Source of the DNA: Chrysomallon squamiferum
Taxonomy: Eukaryota > Animalia > Mollusca
NCBI GenBank assembly: GCA_012295275.1
Contig: CM022669.1
Coordinates: forward strand, 15,314,001 to 15,378,000
Length of the DNA stretch: 64,000 bases
Direction: 5' to 3'
Shown here: positions 54,598 to 64,000 of the stretch, piece by piece
Layout of the letters: every line of letters starts with the position of its first letter
Position numbering within the stretch: position 1 is the stretch's first letter
The notes under the pieces: generated by a model
What the model saw: only the letters and a program-made list of their open reading frames with translations
What the model was told of the DNA's origin: nothing
Database searches by the model: none
Position numbers and translations under genes: made by a program

Positions 54598-57143
54598 GTA
54601 GTAGTAGTAGTAGTAGTAGTAGTACTATTAGATGTCGTATGTTGACTTTTATACTGTGAACGTCAGACTTAAATTTTATCTAAATTTATTATAGTTAAAC
54701 TAGTCACTGGCGTACTACAATTTTATAGAGTTCATACCTTCGCATTTTTGTGTATAAAATACCTGCGCTTTAAACCTGTTAACTTAAACCAGTGTATAAT
54801 TCCCGAATAATTATTAATAATATCACAATTTTATTATTATAATTATTATTATTATTAATTAGACAGTTTCTTAGTATATTTTATATTAGTAAATTATAGT
54901 TTTAATTGTTTTTCAGGATGAAAAGAACCAGGTTTTGACAACTGCAGTATGGGTATACGAGGTGAAAGATTTAATACCATAATAACTATTCATTTGCTGC
55001 ACACAGTAGAAACTACTGTACTAAAAAGAAATGCGTTATTTTGTCTCAGCTTATTTTAAACTGTGTCTTTGGTTATAAGACGAAATGTATTCAAGTTATG
55101 CTTAGTTTGGGTGGGGTGGTTTGAGGTAAAAGTGCTGTCATTTTTCTGTAGCTTTGACATGATCGCGATTTGAGTTAGTTTCTTCTAGCTTTAGTAGAGA
55201 GACAAACAAATAAAAAACAATTAGCGTTGCACTTTGCTATTAACGAAAACTAGTCGCCATAAATAAAGAAAATAACATACTCAAAGTATTCAAAAAAAAA
55301 AAAATATATATATATATATTTAATCTATTTGTTCATAGATTATCTTTTTACCATTAAATTTCACAGGAATGGCAGGATGAAAACCTTCTGTGGTCTCCAG
55401 AGAAGTTTGATGGACTGGACACTTTAATGGTGCCAGCTACTCAAGTGTGGATTCCTGATATTTTTCTCTTTAACAAGTAAGATGATATACAGCTAATTAC
55501 TTTTCATACACACATTTGAAACTGAACTTAACTTGGCATTACCCAGAATACTGCAAAACAGATGGAACAGCAATACAAAAATAAAATAAAAATATGTGGG
55601 AGATTTGGATTATTAGCCAACTACTACTACAACGGCTATTGTTGCTATTGTTGTATACACTTTTATTAATTAATATATTGTATTTATTTTATTCATTGTT
55701 TTTATTTTATTTTATTTCCAGGGCTGGAACTAAAGATAATGGCTTTGTAAACGTTACCGGGAGTAAAATCGTAATTAGCAGCAACGGGACGGTCCAGTGG
55801 ATGATTCCCATCATGATGAAGAGCTCCTGCGCTGTTGACGTCACGTTCTTCCCGTACGACCATCAGAAATGTCGCCTTCGATTTGGATCGTGGATTTATG
55901 ACATCAGTCAACTGGACATGCGCCTTAAGCCGGATAAACCTGATTTGACGCATTACTTGCAGAACAGTGAATACGATCTCAAGTTAACCAGTTTGTCGAG
56001 AATGGTCGTCAACAGCAGCTGTTGTCCTGGTGACGGAAAGCATACAATGATAGACTTTCACATTCACATGAAACGGAAGTCAATTTATTACGATTACATC
56101 GTTATTGCGCCCACAATCATGCTCTGTATCTTGACCCTGGTGACGTTTTTGCTTCCGTGTCACAAGGGGGAGAAAATATCTATTGGGTTGACCGTTTTCC
56201 TGACACTCTACGTTCTGCAGCTGTTAATCGCAGAAAACGTTCCCGATACAAATGCTACTCCTATTCTGGGTAATAATTTGTTTATGCAAGCAAGTATCTT
56301 TTGTACCAAACTGAAATAATAACAATTCCCATCACCACGAATGAACATAATAATATTTCAAATACTCTACAAAACTCCATTTATCTCGTCAATATTTCAT
56401 CATGATTATTGCAGTATATTTCATTAATTACTAAACTCTATACTAAAAAAAGTTGAATGAAATAAATGTGTTTTATTAATTTACGTATTTCACTTCCAGG
56501 CGTCTTCCTCTTTATGGTCATGACGTTCAACAGCGTGTCCTTGATCATGTCGACATTTGTGATGAACATCAAAAAGAGGGGTGACGAAAAACAGTGCCCG
56601 GATGTTCCTCGATGGGTCCTCTGGCTGTGTCACGTGGTTATCGGCAGAATTGTCTTGACCAAATACGCGTGGGAAGAGTCCATAAATTACCGCGGTGACG
56701 ACTCGTCGTTTGATCGTCTTGAAGCGTCATCTCGCCTCCCCGCGAACCCGTCGAATCCTTCTGGCGCTGTTTCGTCGGCAGACGACGTCGCCTGCACGGA
56801 ACTACTTCTGGAGCCTTCTTCGAGCCAAAATCAGGGCCAAAGCGACAACGACGTTGCAGGAGAAAAGACGTACAGCGGCAGAACTACCAGAGTTGCAGAA
56901 AGTCAGAGCCAGGCGACAAGACAGCCTCTGCCGAGGACTAGCAGCAGTTTTGACAGATACGACGACGACAGATTCAGCGTGTCGAGTTCGAATTTTCATT
57001 CTCTTCAAATGAAACGTCAGTGGTTCTACGTGGCAGAGGTGGTCGATAAGTTCTCGTTCCTCATCTATCTGGTTTCCATGACGATTTCAGTTACAATGAT
57101 TCTCATTGTAATTCCAAATTACTTCCAAGAGCAAATGGATTAA
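53000..57143 (+). CDS. Nicotinic acetylcholine receptor-like (Cys-loop) alpha-type subunit, 513 aa, 6 exons
   Basis: Exons 53000-53057 (signal peptide MQTTVSLYVVLWIMCGSTKG), 54350-54486, 54917-54961, 55367-55476, 55722-56269 and 56500-57143, all phase-consistent. Motifs: EQRLFEYLF..Y...RPV, DEKNQVL, VWIPDI, Cys-loop CAVDVTFFPYDHQKC, FGSW, vicinal CC in loop C, GEKISIG M2, and M4 W..VAEVVDK. Confidence 0.93.
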
Positions 57144-57411
57144 GTAGAACGAGAGTTAAAATACAATGCGTCTGGAACAGACTTGGTAAAATAAATTCAA
57201 AATGCCGAAGCCACTGCAACCATCTCTACCGAGGGAAAGCTTTTTAGATGAATATTAAGAAATAGTGATTTAGATGCAACCAGTTACTGACGATCTAATG
57301 GAGACTGTAACAGTCTGTTGAATCAGGCTACGAATTATGCCGTCTAATATTTGGGTTTATTTATTTATTTATAATTGTTAAATACAGATGCAGATTGTTT
57401 TTCTTGTTTTA

Positions 57412-57467
<56 letters not shown>

Positions 57468-58417
57468 TCTTAATAAATAATATTCTGAAGGTCTTCCTTA
57501 TAAATGATGAATTACAGCCTGAAGAAAATTACCTAATCAAAATCGCGTTACATATAAATACAGACTTTTTTCCCTTCACAAATTTTTTTTTTTTATAAAC
57601 ATTTAAATCAATATCTTCACGGATCGTTTGTTTGATCAGTTCACCTGAATAAACAGGAGGAAATAAGTAAAATGAAGATAAACCATCTCCTGAGACAATA
57701 CATGAATCCAGGATTTCAGGAAATACATGGATGGTTGATCCGTCACTGTCGTGGTTAAACATTCTTGATGAGTTTCATTATTTGAAAGAAAGAAAGAAAA
57801 AATAGAACAAACTGCCAACATCAACAAAAAACAACAAAAAAAACAACAACTCAACCCAAAACCCCCAAAACAACAACAACAAAAAAAACAAAACAAAAAA
57901 ACAACAAAAAAAACAACAACTGAGCAACAATAAAATAAATGGTAGCGGACTGAATCAGAAGAGCTTATCTTTAATCCGCAACTGTTTATTCGTTATTATT
58001 ATTATTTTTTTACATTTTAGCTTGTAATCAAAAGATCTACATTTCAGATGTCAAAAATCTTCCAAAAGTGAAATAAACAAAACAATTTGATTAATAAATA
58101 TGTCACTTGGTTATATTTGAGAACGAAAATTGCTAGTAGTATGAGATGTGGCTTAAAAATGTTATCGACTGTTCGAATATAACAATTATTTGTCTTAATA
58201 CATTTGGAAAAGGCGTGCAATTTTTCAGATAATCAGCTAAAAATCTGCATTTTTAGTTTATTTATTAATTAATTTTTAAATACATTTTAAAGAATAGGCT
58301 GTTTGTTATAAACTTGTTTTTATTTTCAATAAACAGTTGGGAAAAAAATTCTTTGTTGTAATAAAATTATATAAATAATTAGAAAACAGCAGTTTATAAC
58401 ACCATCAATATAAATAA

Positions 58418-58520
<103 letters not shown>

Positions 58521-58669
58521 AAGCAACAACAACATTTTATAAGGAAAAGAATAACAAAATGAAATTTTGATTAATACTTACTAAACGTATTAATATTAAT
58601 TAATACATATTTCTAGGATTCATTTTCCAAGTGTTAACATTTGTCCCACATACTTAAGTAAACAACAAA

Positions 58670-58688
58670 ATTGCCATTGGTGACGTCA
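58670..58688. promoter_or_regulatory. CRE palindrome TGACGTCA overlapping an X-box-like element upstream of the 162-aa gene
   Basis: Exact TGACGTCA at 58681-58688. The minus strand reads GTCACC-AAT-GGCAAT, one mismatch from GTNRCC(N0-3)RGYAAC. Confidence 0.3.
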
Positions 58689-59173
58689 TATGTTTATTAT
58701 TCAATGTGAACGCAACAGAAACAAATTACCCATAATTCATGCACTTACATTTGTTTAGGTGATAGTTTAAAAACGTGATCTGTACATTTTAGCATCCTAT
58801 AAAAATCCTCATTCTGAATTGTTATTTAAATATTAATTTTATAAAATTTTGTGAATTATTACAATATTATACGAAATTCATGTAATTTTAATTATATTTT
58901 CATTAATGTAACGGACCTTACCGAGTCAATCCGAACAAAAATTAATAGCGATATCTAACTAGAGTAACATCCCTTCTACTTCCGTTTCGAATGACGCTTG
59001 CTCGTCTTGATTAAAATAAAGGAAGAAAAAAAGAAAAGAAAAGAAAAATGTTATGCGATATCTTTTGAAGTGAAAAACATAAAGCGAGATATATGGACCA
59101 AATATAATGACCTGTGTGCATCAGACATATAAAACAAACATTTAAAAATTGTATATCATTTTATATTTTCAAA

Positions 59174-60372
59174 ATGAGCGAAGAAACACAAGAAAATAAC
59201 GTTGCTACGGAACAGGGTAGGACATAATTACAGATGAGAACAATTTATAGATATTTTACAAAATAACTTTATAACTTCATATGATACGCTGACAATATTT
59301 TTCTATTTATTATTATTGTTTTTTTTTTTTTTTTTTTTTTTTTTTGCCAGTGCAAATATATACATGAATTTCACAGGTCTGTTATCTCCTTCTTAATGAA
59401 GTATGATGAGCTTACAGTTTTATTCTAAATTAATGTACATCAGGCAATTAGTGATATCATGTTTTATTTCATAATAATTAACTTCATATGATACATATTA
59501 TTTACAATTTCAGAAGGTAAACAGATAAAGTATGATTTCAAAAATTCTGATGATCTGATAGAACAACTTGAGAAAGTGGAACTAACAGAAGAGGACACTG
59601 AGGAACTTCTTATTGAAGCATACAGAATGAACATGATGCTCAAAGAAGTGTTGAGATCACAGGAAGCAGCAAAAAAGAAGAAGCAGAAAAGCAAAATTGG
59701 AACTAGCTCAAGTCAGCTCTCACTGAATACAAGATCTACAAACCGCAGTCATCGCAGATCACCGGGGTCTGTTTTGCCACCTATCCACAGGTCTGAAACA
59801 ACTCTAGTGACACGAAATCACTCAAAACAGACAGATCCTGGGTTTAGGGTAAGCTTACTTTAACAGGTTTATAAATCCTCAACACTGTAAAATTGTTCTA
59901 TGTTTTTAATCTTTATAAATTTACCAATTTCTGAAATACAGTTAACCTGTATGCATCTCGGATTTTAAATGATTAAGATAGATTAAATATCTAAGATAAA
60001 AATGACTTCAAATACAGAATAATACTGATGTATTTGTAGTCAGCAGAGATATATATATTGATTTAACTAATATTTTAAATAACTGATACTATTCCACAAA
60101 ACCTTTTTGGTGGCATGTACAGTTTTAATATATTGTAATATATTATTTATTTCTGAAATTTGTTTGACTTTTGGTTGTTTAAAAGTATTATATGGGTCAG
60201 GATGACATTATAACTTTATACAAATAAAGTTTAATTTAGTGATAAATCTGAAATATTTCAGGCAGCAACAAGCTTGAATTTAAAAGGTAGAATTAGTGCT
60301 GGACCATCACGGAATAAAACAAAGAGTGCTGTAGATCGGCCAGATTGGGACGACAGATTTTCATTTTCTTAA
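59174..60372 (+). CDS. Uncharacterised 162-aa protein, 3 exons
   Basis: Exons 59174-59216, 59514-59848 and 60262-60372, GT-AG and phase-consistent, start context aaaATG. Translation: MSEETQENNVATEQE-GKQIKYDFKNSDDLIEQLEKVELTEEDTEELLIEAYRMNMMLKEVLRSQEAAKKKKQK...VLPPIHRS...PGFR-AATSLNLKGRISAGPSRNKTKSAVDRPDWDDRFSFS*. AATAAA near 60539. No family recognised. Confidence 0.75.
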
Positions 60373-63300
60373 ATGAAATCAGTTTCAACATGCTTTATAT
60401 TCCTGTCAATGTAAAATACAGTATTTTACACAATTTGTAAAACTATTATTATTATTACTGGGTTTTTTTTTTTTTAGAAAATGTGTTCATTACTTTTTCC
60501 ATTAATACAAGCAGTATTATTATGCTCAAATCTGATTTAATAAACTGTTGCATTTGAATGAATGTGAGAAATAAAAGAAATGGATGAATGAAATTGTGAA
60601 ATAAAAAAAAAATAAAAATAAATTGTTTAACTCTCTATCTGGGAACCCATCAACACTATGAAAAAAAAAATAAAGATTATTAAAAAGCATTTAAAATTCC
60701 CAAATCTGAAAAAACCTGCACCATGAAATAAGATAATCTGTAACAGATATAATAGATTATCATAAATTGTCTCAAGCATAATCCATCATATAAATTTATT
60801 TTTAAAATGTAAAATTTAATTATGCTCTGATTTATTGAATACTAATTTTCAAAGCTTCATTTAACTATTATTATTATTATTATTTTTTTTTTTTGTTTAC
60901 CTTTAATTTAAAATATTTTATTTATAGAACATTTTAAATGTTTTAAACCATTTATTACATCAGAAACTTTTGAGGATGAAAATACATCAAAGTTATGGAA
61001 ACTGAACTATGTACCAGCCATATCGAAAAAATATAATTTGAATATATGATGATTATGCTAGTTTTTGCAGGTTTAATTAGATAATTTGTTTATGTTTTAA
61101 TAAAAATGTTTTATATTATTTTATATTCTAATAAGTTTATTCATGAAACTGTTTTATAAAAAGCAAAGGAATATGCAAGTAACCCAACATAAATTATTGT
61201 TTTATTTTACGCATCACTTGTATTATAGTGTACAGGTATTTAATTGGATATATTAACATTTTACAGAAACTTGTATTTACTGGTAACCTAGGATTTCAGA
61301 GAGTTAATTCTAAGAACATCCTCTTTTTAAATAAACATTTGCTCTATTTAAATTGGTATGTTCATGAAATTTTTGTTGTGAAAAGAATTTATATTTTTTT
61401 CTTCCAAATGTGTTCTTGCTATCTTAAATCAGTTACCAGGCTCATTACCTCATTATTTGTTTATTTATTTTATATTTGAAATCTGTTATAAATATTTTAT
61501 ATCTTACATAAATTCATGTACAAATGTGGTCTTTTTCATTTTTTATGTATTTTATTTGAACTAACATTTTAACTTTTCATTTTTTATATTTTTTTTTAAT
61601 TCTTTAAGGCTGGCTAAACTGTGACAGCATTTTCTTCTTTTTTTTTTTAGTATTATAGATTTTATTTTTCATTTTTATATTTAAGCATTGACATTTGCTG
61701 TGAATTAGAGGAAAAACTCCATTTAATATTAGCCATTTCTTTGTTAGAAAAAGAAAAAAGAAGATAAAATTAAATGAACTTTATTGATTTTTCTTAACTT
61801 GTTTACTTTTTTTTAAAAAGAAATATAATTTTGTACATAAGCCTTTCTTTTTTTCATTATGAATTATGAGAGATATTTGAAATAAAAGAGATAATCACAG
61901 AACAAGTTTGCAGATTTTTTGCTTTTGGTATTAAATATGTAAATATTACATGAAGTTTTCAATTTGAAAAACTTCTATAAAAATGAAAAATTAAATCATC
62001 AGCTTTCAAACTCTCCAGAAACCAATACTTTATTTCCCTATCTACCATATGCACAGTAATGATGGCAGAATTAAGCAGAATATTCGGACACATCTTGTAA
62101 GAATTTATGCATATCATAATTTGTAGGAATTCAAATGACCAACACATTTTAAAACGAATGAAATTGGTATTAGATGTAAATACCTTTAATTGTGCTTCAA
62201 TTACCTTATTTATGCAATGGGTACAATGACGTTATTTTACTCGGTGCAGAAGGAAATGTGAACAATTTTCTCATAAAAGATATATTTTTATTGTTCAATA
62301 AATTTGTTTTGGTCTGGACATATTCATTTCATACATAAATTTTTTGGGCCAATTTTTCATTTTTATTTAAAACTAAACTGCATTTTATAATTAGAAAAAT
62401 AAACTAGAAAAAACACCCCACCTCATCATAAAAAAAGTCCATTAAAAACAACAAAATAAGAAAAAAAAGTCCACATTTTAATTATATATTACTATATCAA
62501 AATGTCATTAATATTGTTTACAAAACATTTTGAATTTCTAACTATGATGAAAATTAAACGTCAGTGAGGTCAAATGAATTTATCACTGTGTCTGGACAAT
62601 TTTAAGATAAAAAAAGGAAAACAGAAACAAATAAAAACAAAACAACCAAAGGCGAAAGAAGAGACATAAAATTTTATTTTCAACAATTATACTTTCACAT
62701 ATATATCCCACGAGTACCACAATAAATTAATTTTAAGATACAAAAAGCTCTTGTTAAAAAAAAAAAATTAATAAAAAAAAATACATAATAATAATTATTT
62801 AATACTTTTTAAAATACAACTGCAAACTATTCTTGAAACAAGAGTAGACATATATGTATTAGACAAAGCAGGTACACTATCAAGGGCAGACAATCCTTCA
62901 GTTCATTTATGACCAAAATATTTTCAGTTATTTTGAAGTGCATTATATATGTATATATGCAAGTAGATTTTCTTTTCCCCGTATGCATGTACAAATATTG
63001 ATCAAAACACTTGAAATGAACCTCTTCTATCATAGGGGATAGTAATTTTCTGTATTGGTAAAACTTGCTGATTGATTGAATAACTCTGAACCTCTCCTTA
63101 ATCTGCCCTGCATTGTCAGTATGCATTGTTAGTAAGGAACAAAACACATAGTTTAACTTGTTTGAGCGTTTTCAGTCAGTATTACAAATAAACCAGAGTT
63201 ACATCAAACGATACAATTCATGCCAGTATTATTTGGTAAAATGGAAAACACTGAATCTATTTTTTTTTTTTTTTTTAAATTTTTCTGAACAAAACTAACT

Positions 63301-64000
63301 GAATATTGCTTAATTTATACTTAAAGACCAGACAAGAAGGTGCTTTAAAAATTCTTAAATATAGGTACACACAAACCAAACTAATTAAAAAGCAAAAATC
63401 TTAAAAATGGAATTAATTATTTTTTCCCCATTTATATTAGTAATAAAAACCCATATCTTCACTTCTGTTCTATGATAACCTGGCATTAATGACAAAACTT
63501 ACTTCCTTGATATTATAGACTTTAATTATCATTGTTATCTTTTAATTATTTGTTTGTTGTTACAGACATCTTTAGGAATTCGATGAATTACAATTAAGAA
63601 GAAAATTACATTTTCTTATGCTCTGAAAACAGATAAAAATAACAGATGTGAGGTTTATAACCCATTCTTTTTCTTCAGTAGTAAAAACAGTCAACAGGTA
63701 CAGATACATTTAAACACTTGAAATGATTAACATTATGAGATTATGTACAACAAGTAATCATAACCAAAACACCAACATTTTATAATTTCTGGTGTCCTCA
63801 AAAGATTTAGGGCCATCAACAAGATCATAATATAATTCACAAATGTCATAAATCAACCCTTCAAAAAAAAAAAAAAAAAAAAAAAAATTCAATTTAAAAA
63901 TCCTGCACATCTCTTTAATCCTTTTAATTTGCAAAATAAATTAATTTTCAATTACTGAAAACAATGGGTTTTTTAAATACCATTTTGTTAGCAATCAGCA

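Noticed and set aside
61959-63147. Minus-strand ORFs of 62 and 106 aa
   Set aside because: No recognisable domain or coherent splice structure; likely chance ORFs in UTR or intergenic DNA.

Overview
AT-rich, microsatellite-dense animal genomic DNA with spliceosomal GT-AG introns. The composition and repeat style suggest a coleoid cephalopod or octopod, but that is inference. I reconstructed four protein-coding loci by hand from splice sites and reading-frame phase. (1) A minus-strand bicistronic molybdopterin synthase locus: MOCS2A is complete (90 aa, ending IIPPISGG) and MOCS2B runs off the left edge. (2) A roughly 33 kb plus-strand four-domain voltage-gated channel with a D-E-E-A selectivity filter, i.e. 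Nav2/DSC1/BSC1 class, with up to 33 coding exons and about 2031 aa. (3) A 6-exon nicotinic acetylcholine receptor-like alpha subunit (513 aa) whose agonist aromatic cage is degenerate. (4) A 3-exon uncharacterised 162-aa gene. Most notable: four tandemly duplicated intron+microexon units inside a run of seven phase-0 cassette-type exons in the Nav2 DI-DII loop; a MOCS2 layout in which the MOCS2A stop sits exactly at an exon end and in frame with MOCS2B, with an overlapping uORF; a perfect 90-bp intronic palindrome; and sharp CpG-depleted versus CpG-retaining domains that track gene bodies. Exon coordinates were counted by hand and have no transcript support.
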